The notes under the pieces: generated by a model
The model's input: only the letters and a program-made list of their open reading frames with translations
Database searches by the model: none
What the model was told of the DNA's origin: nothing
Shown here: positions 27,489-38,044 of the stretch, in pieces
Position numbering within the stretch: the stretch's first letter is position 1
Layout: each line of letters starts with the position of its first letter
Assembly: GCA_963664815.2 (NCBI GenBank)
Contig: CAXXHB010000003.1
Coordinates: 1,248,001-1,312,000 of the forward strand
Direction: 5' to 3'
Source of the DNA: Spirochaetota bacterium
GTDB taxonomy: Bacteria > Spirochaetota > UBA4802 > UBA5550
Length of the DNA: 64,000 nt
Translations under genes and position numbers: made by a program

Positions 27489-28700
27489 CTATTCTCTTTT
27501 TGTCATATCAATAGCCATTGCAATTAATGAAACTGGATGCAGAACTTTATATTTTGTATTCATCTCAATCTGCATTTTGCATGTTTCACAGTCTGTTATC
27601 ACGAATTCTGGTACTGCCTTTTCTATAAGAGTAAAAAGATTATTACCTACTGAAAGTGAAATATCGTAATTTTCTTTCTTGAAACCGTAGGTTCCGGCAA
27701 TTCCGCAGCATTCGGAATTAAGAACTACAAGTTCAAGACCTGGTATCTGTTTAAGAATGCTGAGTGTGTACATAACTCCTCCCATTCGTTCAAGATGACA
27801 GGGGGAATGGTATGCCGCCCTGATCCCCAGTGATTTCATCGGTGGTATGTTCCCGGAATGAAATTCTTTGTATATAAACTTTGTGACATATTCCACCCGG
27901 TCTGATATACCTGAATTATCCAGTTCAAGAAAACTTGAATATTCATTTCTGAGCGCGAAAGCGCAGCTTGATGACGTGGTAACTATTCTGGATTCGGTTT
28001 CATTTTTTTGCAGTGACGAGATATTATATTGTGCATTTTTTTTCGCTTTTTTTATATAGCCGTTTGCTATCAGCGGGACTCCACAGCATTTCTCTTTTTT
28101 TATTTCAACACTGTAACCGAGAGAGTTAATTACATTAACGAATTCCACACCGAGCTTATTATTGTTATAGTTTACATAACATCCGTGAAAATAAATTATC
28201 TTTCCCGGGAATCCTTTTTGTTTTGGTTTCAGTGTTTTTTTGAATACTTTTCTGAAAGTTGTTTTCTCGTAAGGAGGGAATACCGTTTTATAGGGAATTT
28301 TCAGAAATACATGCATAAATACGCGGACAATTGATAAACCTATTATAAAGTTTACAATTACACTGAAAAGAGTTGCCATTATTCCAACAAGATCAGTTCG
28401 GCTCATGAAAAAATCCCTTGGTCTGAACCAGTGGATCTTAAGATAATTCCACTTTGCATGCTGAATGATCTCGGCGATTTTTACGTCGGACGGACAGGCG
28501 ATCTCGCACCTTTTACAGTTTGTACAGTATTTCAGTGAAGAATCAACAAGTTCCGGATTTTTAATTCTGAGACGTTCTGCATCCGGGCCTGATGCTTTGG
28601 GTCCGGGGAAAAGATGAGTTGCCTGTGATACCGGGCAATACATGGTGCAAACAGTACATTTAATACAGTGGTCAAAACTTATATTTTCGATTCTAATCAT
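27489..28700 (-). CDS. glpC: Anaerobic glycerol-3-phosphate dehydrogenase subunit C
   Basis: [12 protein letters not shown] and [12 protein letters not shown] 4Fe-4S motifs, two CCG domains, [14 protein letters not shown]. Confidence 0.95.
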   Translation of the reverse strand: MIRIENISFDHCIKCTVCTMYCPVSQATHLFPGPKASGPDAERLRIKNPELVDSSLKYCTNCKRCEIACPSDVKIAEIIQHAKWNYLKIHWFRPRDFFMSRTDLVGIMATLFSVIVNFIIGLSIVRVFMHVFLKIPYKTVFPPYEKTTFRKVFKKTLKPKQKGFPGKIIYFHGCYVNYNNNKLGVEFVNVINSLGYSVEIKKEKCCGVPLIANGYIKKAKKNAQYNISSLQKNETESRIVTTSSSCAFALRNEYSSFLELDNSGISDRVEYVTKFIYKEFHSGNIPPMKSLGIRAAYHSPCHLERMGGVMYTLSILKQIPGLELVVLNSECCGIAGTYGFKKENYDISLSVGNNLFTLIEKAVPEFVITDCETCKMQIEMNTKYKVLHPVSLIAMAIDMTKRE

Positions 28701-29988
28701 TGGTTAATTCCCTGATTATTCTTTCCGCGCATTTATAGCCTGTCGATACTGCAACGCCACCTCCGCTTCCCTCGCTTACCGGGTTGTATCCTGAAAGAAC
28801 CGATCCCGCGCAGAATAAATTTTTTATTGCTCTGCCGTTTTCAGAAAATGGGTTCAACCTGCTGTTTGTTTCCACTCCGAAACCGAGGAAGGGCTGACTT
28901 TTACTGTCGAAGAAACTCTCCCTGTACCATTTGCTTCTTTTATTTTCAGCATTGATTTTAAGTCCGAATAATGGTTCGGTTATGCCGTCAAACCCAGAGA
29001 TGAGACCACCTGAAAAAAAACTTCCGGTTGAAAGAACGTAATACTTTGACTGAACAGGAGCATTCCCTGAATTTCTGGTTGTTAGAAACTCAATACGTTC
29101 TTTCTTGACGGAGCTTGCAATGACCCTGTCGCCGGCTATATACTCCCCCCCGTGACTGATAAAACTGTTTTTAAGTGCGTGGTCAATCCTCAGACCGAGG
29201 ATTGATGGTGGCAGGGTTGGTATCTCATAGATGAATTTCCCGGTCATCTCCTCGAGCTTTTTTCTTATAGTTTTATAATTATTTATCCCAATAAAAGCCG
29301 GCAGCGATACGGCAGAAGCTCCTTCAGATGACTTTTTAATTTCTTCAGCTATGCGCGGGAGGTATCTTTCAGATTCAAAAATTCTTGCAATATCAACAGA
29401 CCTGAACTCATGCAGGTTTTTTTCCGTGTTCATGTAATAGGGAAGGGAAATATTCCCCATGATAATCTCAGTATTGCTGAAAATGGAATTCTTTCTCAGA
29501 GTGGCTATGGTCTGCTCCGGGTAGTAATCCCTGAATCCCTTAAAGTTCAGTATTGCAATTTTTTCATGTGAACTTATTATTTCTTTAACCCTGTCGCTGA
29601 AGACACTCTCCTGTGAAAGGTAGGAAGGTTTTAATGTACCGAGTGCCGTTATGCGGAAATGGTTTTGTCTGTTATTATGGTTCAGGGTGATTCCTTCATC
29701 GGAGAGTTTTTCAGCTAAAAAATCAATGCCCGCACGAATTGAAGATATACCTGCCCTGGAATAGGGATGGCCGCCGTTTTCTTTAATGAGCCTTTTCAGG
29801 TATTCGAAAGGTTTTTTTATAACTTCACCTTCTGGTGAATATCCCGCAATATCAATTGATCCGGATGAAAAATGGAGAGAATTCATTCCGCCGGATATTA
29901 TGGCTGTACGGAGATTATGTGACGCGCATTTAATTCCGCATGTAAGGCCTGCAAGTCCGCCTCCTATGATCAGGCAGTCATATATCAC
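28693..29988 (-). CDS. glpB: Anaerobic glycerol-3-phosphate dehydrogenase subunit B
   Basis: IIGGGLAGL, SLHFSSGSID, EIPTLPPSILGLR, STGSFFSGGL. Confidence 0.95.
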   Translation of the reverse strand: MIYDCLIIGGGLAGLTCGIKCASHNLRTAIISGGMNSLHFSSGSIDIAGYSPEGEVIKKPFEYLKRLIKENGGHPYSRAGISSIRAGIDFLAEKLSDEGITLNHNNRQNHFRITALGTLKPSYLSQESVFSDRVKEIISSHEKIAILNFKGFRDYYPEQTIATLRKNSIFSNTEIIMGNISLPYYMNTEKNLHEFRSVDIARIFESERYLPRIAEEIKKSSEGASAVSLPAFIGINNYKTIRKKLEEMTGKFIYEIPTLPPSILGLRIDHALKNSFISHGGEYIAGDRVIASSVKKERIEFLTTRNSGNAPVQSKYYVLSTGSFFSGGLISGFDGITEPLFGLKINAENKRSKWYRESFFDSKSQPFLGFGVETNSRLNPFSENGRAIKNLFCAGSVLSGYNPVSEGSGGGVAVSTGYKCAERIIRELTND

Positions 29989-31645
29989 TTAATTTTCCTC
30001 TTTTATTTTTTGTTTTAATAAACATTTTATTTTCGTCTTTCACGGGGGGCATCCCAAGTAAACTCTGGTATATCCAGTATATGAATTCTGCTTCACGGAG
30101 TCCGTCACCCCATAAAACCGGTTTCATCCCTTTCCATCTCTCCTCAATGAAATCTTTCAGCAGGTAGACTGATTCCTCCGGTGCTGCACCTCCGAACTCA
30201 TGGAAAAGTCCGGCTCCCCTGTAAGCGCATAGTTCCCCCTGGCATGGCCCCATGCCGATTCGTGTTCTCCTTCTTAGATCGACAAGGTCTTTTACATCGA
30301 GATTCTTTATTGCGTATTCTATTTCACCCTCTGTCACCATTTCACATTCACAGATGACACGATAATTCTTCTTTTCTTTTGTCATTATGCTGTGAAGCCT
30401 CTGACCATGTCTGTACAGCGTAGATCCTACGACGGAATCCGGAATACCTGTAAAATCTTTTATACGGGATTTTCTGCTTATTTTTTTTTCTGATCCGGGG
30501 AGTGGGATAAGATGTGTTGAACATTCTTTTTTTAAACCGAGTTTCTCACATGCAAGGTCTGATGTTTTTTCAGCCATAAGCCTGTATGTCATGAGTTTCC
30601 CGCCTGCGATAGTAATCATCCCGTCAAGGCCGTCTCTCTCTTTATGGTCAAGAAGCGCTATACCTCTGCTGATGTTTCTTCCCTGTGTTTCACCTGAAAC
30701 TGCCAGAAGCGGGCGTACTCCGCAGTATGCCCTCATCGCACGCGTATGTCTTATATTCGGAATAAGCATTTCACCATCACGAAGGAGTATAGATATCTCT
30801 TCTTCATCTACGGTGAGTTCATTTATTTTATCATATGATATCTCTTTGGAAGTGGTTCCTATAAGAGAGACTGTATCTCCGGGTACGATAATATCTCCAT
30901 CTGCCGGCGGCCTGCACCTGTTTACAACTATGCTGTTTATTCTGTAATCAATTATCAGCATTGAGCCCTTTGACGGGAACATCTTTATTTCAATTCCGGC
31001 GAGAGCACATAGCTCCTGCCCCCATACGCCTGATGCATTGATGACAAGGTCACTGTAAATCTCGGTTTTATTTCCTTTCTTATCCACGCACTCAACACCT
31101 GTTACAGAAGTGCCGTTCTTCATGATACCGGTAACCATTGTATGTGTAAGAATTATGGTTCCCCTCTCTTTCGCGTCGAGAATATTGGCTGAAGCAAGTC
31201 TGAACGGGTCAATTGTCCCATCAGGAACAATCAGCGCTGAGAGTATGTCAGGATTAAGGTTAGGCTCAATTTCAAGAGCTTTTCTTGTACTTATCTCTTT
31301 CGCATCTATTCCTGCATATTTACATCCCTCGATGAGGCTTCTATGGTAAACGGGATCATCTTCGGGGAGCGTTACATATAAACCCCCTGTATTTTCAATG
31401 CAATGTCCGGCAATTTTTTTAAGGATTTTGTTTTCTCTGATGCATTCTCTTGCCGATTCATGATCTTTAACCGCATATCTTGCGCCTGAATGGAGCAGGC
31501 CATGATTTCTCCCGGTTGTACCCGATGCTATGTCATTTTTTTCTATCAGAACACAGAGCAATCCTCTGATGGATAGATCACGCGCGATTCCTGCGCCAGT
31601 TGCTCCTCCACCGATAATTATCGCATCTGTTTCAAATTTATTCAT
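29978..31645 (-). CDS. glpA: Anaerobic glycerol-3-phosphate dehydrogenase subunit A
   Basis: GTTGRNHGLLHSGARYAV, GGKLMTYRLMAE, CECE...GMGPCQGELC. Confidence 0.96.
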   Translation of the reverse strand: MNKFETDAIIIGGGATGAGIARDLSIRGLLCVLIEKNDIASGTTGRNHGLLHSGARYAVKDHESARECIRENKILKKIAGHCIENTGGLYVTLPEDDPVYHRSLIEGCKYAGIDAKEISTRKALEIEPNLNPDILSALIVPDGTIDPFRLASANILDAKERGTIILTHTMVTGIMKNGTSVTGVECVDKKGNKTEIYSDLVINASGVWGQELCALAGIEIKMFPSKGSMLIIDYRINSIVVNRCRPPADGDIIVPGDTVSLIGTTSKEISYDKINELTVDEEEISILLRDGEMLIPNIRHTRAMRAYCGVRPLLAVSGETQGRNISRGIALLDHKERDGLDGMITIAGGKLMTYRLMAEKTSDLACEKLGLKKECSTHLIPLPGSEKKISRKSRIKDFTGIPDSVVGSTLYRHGQRLHSIMTKEKKNYRVICECEMVTEGEIEYAIKNLDVKDLVDLRRRTRIGMGPCQGELCAYRGAGLFHEFGGAAPEESVYLLKDFIEERWKGMKPVLWGDGLREAEFIYWIYQSLLGMPPVKDENKMFIKTKNKRGKLSDI

Positions 31646-31931
31646 TTTATCAAAATCTCCGGTATTTTTAAAAGCTGAGTCAGAAAACGAAACTAATTAA
31701 AAAACAGGAAGCTGAGGAATGTCAAATATTATATATATACGTTTCAATAAAAAGCAATAGTACAACAGCATCTACATTTAATTTTGAGATGAATAGTCTC
31801 CTGTTGTGTCGTAGGTGTGACAGAAAAGTGTATCATTTTCAATTTTGATCAGGCGAAGGATGTTATGAATATTTTACTAAAAAAATTGACAATTTATTTA
31901 TAATTAACATCGTTGTTACGGCAGGTGAAAT

Positions 31932-33806
31932 ATGACTCTTTTAGATAATATAAATTCCCCTTCGGACCTGAAAAAACTCACTATTGAAGAGATGAATCAG
32001 CTCGCCGATGAAGTGAGATGTTACATGCTTGATGTTATTTCAGAGAGAGGGGGGCATCTTGCTTCATCCCTGGGGGTTGTAGAGCTTACTATTGCCCTTC
32101 ATCATGTTTTTAATGCACCTGTTGATAAAATAATATGGGATGTGGGCCATCAGACATATTCTCATAAAATACTTACAGGACGACGCGATGAATTTAAAAA
32201 TATAAGGTGTTTCGGGGGAATCAGCGGTTTCCCTAAAAGGCATGAGTCCCCTTATGATCCTTATGATGTAGGTCACAGCAGTACAAGTATATCCCTCGCA
32301 GTGGGAGAAGCCGTGGGACGTGATCTGGCCGGTAAAAGTTACAAGGTGGTTGCTGTAATCGGTGATGGATCACTTACAGGAGGGATGGCTTTTGAAGCAC
32401 TTAACCATATCGGGCATATAGGAAATGATGTAATTATAATTCTCAATGATAATGAACATTCTATTTCAAAAAATGTAGGAGCTCTTTCAACCTATCTTAC
32501 CGAGATGATTTCAAGGAGCCTGTATAACAGATTCCGCAAAAAAACGATGAAGATGATAAAAAGCATCCCATGGCTGGGGCAATATGTATTTAATTTTATG
32601 TTCAGGGTATCGTCGTCTTTTAAAAGGTTTATTATACCTGGTCAGCTTTTTGAAGATCTTGGCGTGAGATACTTCGGTCCGGTCGACGGACATAATATTA
32701 CAAAACTTATAGAAATTTTTGACAGGGTAAAAATAATAAATTCCGGCCCTAAAATAGTTCATGTCATTACAAAAAAAGGGAAGGGGTTTATACCCGCTGA
32801 GTCTGATCCATGCAGCTTTCATGGTACAGGTCCTTTCGAACGCAACTCCGGAGAGAGAATTACAAAAAACTCGGGAGAACCATATTCTTCTGTGGCTGGC
32901 AGAACACTGGCTGCTATTGGCAGGAGAGATGAAAAGGTAGTAGTGGTTACTGCAGCCATGAAAGAAGGAACCGGGCTTACTGAGTTTGAAAAAATAGCCC
33001 CGACAAGAATTTTTGATGTAGGTATTGCCGAGCAGCATGCGGTTACTTTCTCTTCTGCGCTTGCATCAACAGGTCTTAAACCTTTTGTTCCCATATATTC
33101 GTCATTTATGCAGCGGGCATATGATCAGCTGATACATGATACGGCAATAATGAAACTTCCTGTGAGAATTCTGATTGATAGAGCTGGAGTTGTCGGGGAT
33201 GACGGTGAAACACATCATGGTCTCTTTGACATATCAATGATAAGAAATATTCCGGAATTTGAATTCTTTGCGCCGTCAAATGGTGAAGAGCTTCGCGATA
33301 TGATATATTATGCATGGAAGCATTCCACCGGGCCTATGGCAATAAGGTACCCCAGGGGGACATCTCATACTGATGGATTAAATGTCAGGGAGAATGGAGA
33401 GTTTGTACCGGGCAGAATAAAGATTCTTACAAAGGGGAATGACGCGGCAATTTTTGCTCTTGGAGATATGGTCCAGGTAGCGCTCGATACTGAGAAAATA
33501 TTAAGAAAAAAAGGATTCTCTGTTACTGTAGTTAATATACTTTCAATTAAACCGCTTGATATTGCAGGAATTGAGAGAGTAATTAAACGATGCGGCGGGT
33601 TTATTACAGTTGAAAATGGTTTTTCTGCCGGCGGTGTTGGTGAATATATTTATTCAAGTATTAACCCATCGCTGTGTGTCAGGTGTCTGTTCAGAGCGGG
33701 ATTTCCACAAAAATTTGTCAGTCATGGAACCACCAGTGAACTTTTCAGAGAAAACGGGCTTGATCCCATATCTTTGGCTGAAAGAATTGTAAAAGTCTTA
33801 AAATGA
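31932..33806 (+). CDS. dxs: 1-deoxy-D-xylulose-5-phosphate synthase
   Basis: GGHLASSLG, WDVGHQ, GDGSLTGG...NDN TPP motif, DVGIAEQHAV, DRAG..GDDGETH, IRYPRG. Confidence 0.97.
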   Translation: MTLLDNINSPSDLKKLTIEEMNQLADEVRCYMLDVISERGGHLASSLGVVELTIALHHVFNAPVDKIIWDVGHQTYSHKILTGRRDEFKNIRCFGGISGFPKRHESPYDPYDVGHSSTSISLAVGEAVGRDLAGKSYKVVAVIGDGSLTGGMAFEALNHIGHIGNDVIIILNDNEHSISKNVGALSTYLTEMISRSLYNRFRKKTMKMIKSIPWLGQYVFNFMFRVSSSFKRFIIPGQLFEDLGVRYFGPVDGHNITKLIEIFDRVKIINSGPKIVHVITKKGKGFIPAESDPCSFHGTGPFERNSGERITKNSGEPYSSVAGRTLAAIGRRDEKVVVVTAAMKEGTGLTEFEKIAPTRIFDVGIAEQHAVTFSSALASTGLKPFVPIYSSFMQRAYDQLIHDTAIMKLPVRILIDRAGVVGDDGETHHGLFDISMIRNIPEFEFFAPSNGEELRDMIYYAWKHSTGPMAIRYPRGTSHTDGLNVRENGEFVPGRIKILTKGNDAAIFALGDMVQVALDTEKILRKKGFSVTVVNILSIKPLDIAGIERVIKRCGGFITVENGFSAGGVGEYIYSSINPSLCVRCLFRAGFPQKFVSHGTTSELFRENGLDPISLAERIVKVLK

Positions 33807-34041
33807 TTTCAATGCTTGTTGCTGACTTCTTTTAAAACTTCCATTGAAGCTCATTGTGTAAGCGATATACGGTTTCCAGCAGGATTATTGATTTTAATTG
33901 AAAAAACTGGATGTTTTACCGTTAATATAATATAATAAGTCTATAGCTATGCGTAAAACTGATAGACTGCTTTTGTGATTTAAACTTTAAAACAGGGGGC
34001 GCCGGATATTACGCTCGTCTGTAAGTGGAGATTTTCTGATA

Positions 34042-35034
34042 ATGAAGTTCAGGCATTTTATTCTAATATTATTATGTTCTTTTTTCTTTGTTTTTAAGGT
34101 TTCAGGGAGCACTGCAGCCTGGGAGAATGATTCACAGATAAGTTTCAGGGAGGTGTGGGGCTATCTTATGAGAGGTGAGGAGAAGTATTTTATAAAAGAT
34201 GCCCCGATTACAGATATATTTTATTTCAGCACCTCAGTCAATGAAAAAGGCAGGATCAATACCTCGGTTAATCCGCCGTTCTCCCCGGTTTTCGCAGGGG
34301 GCAGGAAAAGGATACATCTTGTTATTTCTGATCTGGATAATCCTTTACGGATGCATTTATGTCTTAACAAAAGATATGGAGTGAGATCGGAACTCCTGAA
34401 AGATATATATGAAGTTTCACAGAAATTCGATGGTATACAGATTGATTTTGAAGCTATAGAAAAAAAAGATGGAGCGTCATTTATAACATTTCTTCGTGAT
34501 CTGAAAAAAATACTTCCACGGGGTAAAATATTAAGTGTAGCAGTACCTCCAAAGCGTATGTATACTGATGATCCCTATAATTATGCAGTTATCTCACGTA
34601 TTGCAGACCGTGTTCTTGTAATGGCCTATGATCAGCACTGGAGTACAAGCAAACCGGGGCCGGTAGCCTCATTGTCATGGTGCAGAGAGGTCGCGGCATA
34701 TGCTTCAGGAATTATTCCAAAACAGAAACTCGTTATAGGGTTACCTCTTTATGGGCGTGAGTGGCGTGATAAGGGCTACAGCAGGTCATTAAGATGGAAG
34801 CAGGTCAATGCTTTGATGGAAAGAGATGATGCAGTTATTGAATATTCAGTCGATGAGGGTTTTAAAGTTATGTATGATGAGAAGATGAAGAGTACTCTAT
34901 ATTTTGATGATATAAAGGCAACAAGACAGAAACTGGCAATGTATAGTGGTTATACTGCTGGTGTAGGATTCTGGCGGCTTGGTATGGAAAATGAAAATCT
35001 ATGGAATATCATCAGTGTTTCGGGTGGAGGGTGA
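34042..35034 (+). CDS. Secreted glycoside hydrolase family 18 protein
   Basis: Signal peptide; FDGIQIDFE catalytic motif, MAYDQH, KLVIGLPLYG, FWRLG. Confidence 0.88.
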   Translation: MKFRHFILILLCSFFFVFKVSGSTAAWENDSQISFREVWGYLMRGEEKYFIKDAPITDIFYFSTSVNEKGRINTSVNPPFSPVFAGGRKRIHLVISDLDNPLRMHLCLNKRYGVRSELLKDIYEVSQKFDGIQIDFEAIEKKDGASFITFLRDLKKILPRGKILSVAVPPKRMYTDDPYNYAVISRIADRVLVMAYDQHWSTSKPGPVASLSWCREVAAYASGIIPKQKLVIGLPLYGREWRDKGYSRSLRWKQVNALMERDDAVIEYSVDEGFKVMYDEKMKSTLYFDDIKATRQKLAMYSGYTAGVGFWRLGMENENLWNIISVSGGG

Positions 35035-35352
35035 TTTATTTTACAGTGTATATTCACACAGTATAGATTTGTTCATCATCCCCTGCCAATAAAAAAGAGA
35101 AGAATTTTATTAATATTTTCATGCGCGAAAGCCATTTATATGTATTTATCCCCATTAAAAAACCGTTAAAAAACAGCTGTTGAATTATATCAGTTGTCAT
35201 GATATTGATTAAATCTGCAGGTTTATTTTTTTCTTTATTTAAGATTGACATTCATCGCTAAATTAGACGTTTGTTAAATTAGCATTGTTGGGCTTATTTT
35301 TAAATTAATATTAATCAGTTATTGTAAATCAGGAAGTTTTTACAGAATTTAT

Positions 35353-37185
35353 ATGAAAAATAAAGAGTTTTTTAAGAGTATTGTAGAGCTTACATCTGAT
35401 ATTATATGGGAGGTTGATGAAAACTGGTGTTACACATATATTTCAGGTAAAGTAAAAGAATATATGGGTTATACCGCAGATGAACTTATAGGTAAAATGC
35501 CTTTATCTTTAATGACCGATGATGAAACAGAGAAAATTAAAAATAAAGTCAGGATTATTTCATCAAGAAGAGGAAACCTTGCAGATATTGAAATAAAGGT
35601 GTTTAATAAAAAAAAAGATATAAGATACCTGATGATAAACGGCATGCCTATTCTTGATTCCGAAAAAAAATTCAGAGGATACAGGGGTGTTGTCAGGGAT
35701 GTTACTGATAAAAAGCTTGCTGAAAGTGCATATAAAGAGAGCGAAAATCATCTCTCTACACTGATGAATAACCTCCCTGGAATGGCATACAGGGGGAGTT
35801 TTACAAACGGATTTAAGATGGAATTCGTCAGTGAAGGAGCCTATGCTTTGTCTGGTTATACACCATCAGTTTTTGTTGAAAAGGGGATATCCAGCAAATC
35901 GATCATTTATCCCGATGATATCAAAATGGTGAAAACAACTGTCAGGAATGCTTTAAATGATAAAAAACAGTATGATGTAATTTTCAGAATTATCACTGCT
36001 GATTCAAAGATAAAATGGATTATGGATAAGGGGTTCGGAATATATAAAGATGGTACCCTTATTGGGATAGAAGGCTTTTCCTTTGATATAACTGAAACAA
36101 GAGAAGCTGTTGAATATGGTATAAAAAATGAAAGAAGGTTCAAGAATCTCTTTGAAAGCAATCCTCAGGGTATTACAATTGCTGACAGAGATGGTTTTAT
36201 TATACAGGCAAACAGAAGATGGAAACAGATGTTCGGTTATACAGATGCCGATATAAGTAAACTGCATATGAGTAGTTTAAGATTGCAGGAGTACAGAAAC
36301 TCTGATATTTCACTTTTTAAATCACTTTTTAACAGGGATAATGCATTTTACAGAATTGAAAGATCTTTTGAAAAAAATGATGGTTCTGTTTTATGGTATG
36401 ACCTGACTGCAGCATTACTTGATGACCCTGATGAGCAGGATCTTTACGTGATTGGTTTATATGTTGATATAACTGAAAGGAAAAAAATTGAAGAGGAACT
36501 GAAAAGGTTGCATGGAGATCTTGAAAACATTGTTATAGAAAGGACTGAAGAGATAAACCGGCTGACACTGAAAGTGATAAACTCTCAGGAGGAGGAGAGG
36601 CAGCGAATTGCAAGGGATCTTCATGACGGAGTAGGACAGTCTATTCTGGCGGCAAAATATGCTTTCAATAGCTTTATGAATGGTGATTGTAAAGACAATA
36701 AACTTCTTGAGAAGGGCAAGTTGCTTATTGATATGGCAAGCCAGGAGCTGAGAGGGGTTTATACCGGAATATATCCTCATATGCTGGGTGAGCTTGGTTT
36801 AAAGGATACGATAGACTGGTTTATAAGAAATTTTCTTGAAGCCTCGGGAATGGAAGTTATTAATAAAAATACCCTTGTATCAGATGTGCCGTACAACCTG
36901 TCGATAAATATTTACAGGATTATGCAGGAGCTGTTTAATAATATTGTAAGGCATGCTGAAGCAGATACCGTTACTGTCTTATTATGTCATGAAGGAAATA
37001 GTGTTGTTATAGAAATATCTGATAATGGGAAGGGTTTTGACATAGAAAAGGCCGGAAAAACCTGCACCGGCGCCGGATTGATTAATGTAAGAAAACGGGT
37101 GGAATACCTGAAAGGGCATCTTGAAATGGAATCAATCCCGGGAAGAACATGGACTAAAATAGAAATACCTGTGGAGCAGAGATGA
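35353..37185 (+). CDS. Cytoplasmic triple-PAS sensor histidine kinase (HisKA_3)
   Basis: Three PAS/PAC repeats; EEERQRIARDLHDGVGQ; DNGKGF, GAGL. Confidence 0.93.
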   Translation: MKNKEFFKSIVELTSDIIWEVDENWCYTYISGKVKEYMGYTADELIGKMPLSLMTDDETEKIKNKVRIISSRRGNLADIEIKVFNKKKDIRYLMINGMPILDSEKKFRGYRGVVRDVTDKKLAESAYKESENHLSTLMNNLPGMAYRGSFTNGFKMEFVSEGAYALSGYTPSVFVEKGISSKSIIYPDDIKMVKTTVRNALNDKKQYDVIFRIITADSKIKWIMDKGFGIYKDGTLIGIEGFSFDITETREAVEYGIKNERRFKNLFESNPQGITIADRDGFIIQANRRWKQMFGYTDADISKLHMSSLRLQEYRNSDISLFKSLFNRDNAFYRIERSFEKNDGSVLWYDLTAALLDDPDEQDLYVIGLYVDITERKKIEEELKRLHGDLENIVIERTEEINRLTLKVINSQEEERQRIARDLHDGVGQSILAAKYAFNSFMNGDCKDNKLLEKGKLLIDMASQELRGVYTGIYPHMLGELGLKDTIDWFIRNFLEASGMEVINKNTLVSDVPYNLSINIYRIMQELFNNIVRHAEADTVTVLLCHEGNSVVIEISDNGKGFDIEKAGKTCTGAGLINVRKRVEYLKGHLEMESIPGRTWTKIEIPVEQR

Positions 37186-37844
37186 AAAAGATCAGTATTT
37201 TTCTTGCCGATGATCATGTAATACTTCGGGAGGGTTTGAAGCATATTTTACTGGAAGATGAGAAAATTGAAATTGCAGGTGAAGCGGGAGACGGCCGGGA
37301 GGCTGTTGAAAAAATTGATGAATTAAAACCTGATATTGCAATTCTCGATATATCCATGCCGCTGCTTTCCGGGCTTGATGCGGCCTCGATGATCCGCAGA
37401 TATAACAAGAAGATTAAGCTGATTATACTCACTCGGCATGATAATGAAGAGTATGTTCACCAGGCAATGAAGAATGGAGTTAATGGTTTTATATTAAAGG
37501 ACAGCGCCGGAGATGACCTTTTAAAAGCCGTTAAAGATGTTATGAATGGTAATATTTATCTCAGCCCCAGAATACTTACAAATATAGTTAATTCCGGCCT
37601 GGTAATTCAGGGTAGACAGAACAGGGACAAATTAAAGACGAACAGGGAGTTGCTGACAGGGAGGGAGAAAGAGGTTTTGAAGCTTGTCGCTGAGGGTAAA
37701 TCAAGCAATGAGATTGCGTCTTTATTGAGAATATCATCAAAAACAGTTAAAGTGCATCGTTTAAATATAATGAATAAACTGAATATCCATAATGTTACTG
37801 ATCTTGTGAAATATGCGATTAAATCAGGTCTTGTTGATATTTGA
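37182..37844 (+). CDS. NarL/LuxR family response regulator
   Basis: LADDH, LDISMP, LTGREKEVLKLVAEGKS..IA HTH; ATGA overlap with the kinase. Confidence 0.95.
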   Translation: MKKISIFLADDHVILREGLKHILLEDEKIEIAGEAGDGREAVEKIDELKPDIAILDISMPLLSGLDAASMIRRYNKKIKLIILTRHDNEEYVHQAMKNGVNGFILKDSAGDDLLKAVKDVMNGNIYLSPRILTNIVNSGLVIQGRQNRDKLKTNRELLTGREKEVLKLVAEGKSSNEIASLLRISSKTVKVHRLNIMNKLNIHNVTDLVKYAIKSGLVDI

Positions 37845-38044
37845 ACGCTGTAAGCATAAAGGCTTATATTTACAAGAGAAATAAGCCTATTTTATTAATA
37901 AGTAATTACTTCGTAATATTTAAATAAGCATAAATAAATAAATATTTAATTACACAGACATATTTACAGATTTTATTATTTGTTTTATAGTGATCATTGT
38001 AAAAAATGAAGAGTTTTCTAATATATCACAGAAAAGGGAAAGAT

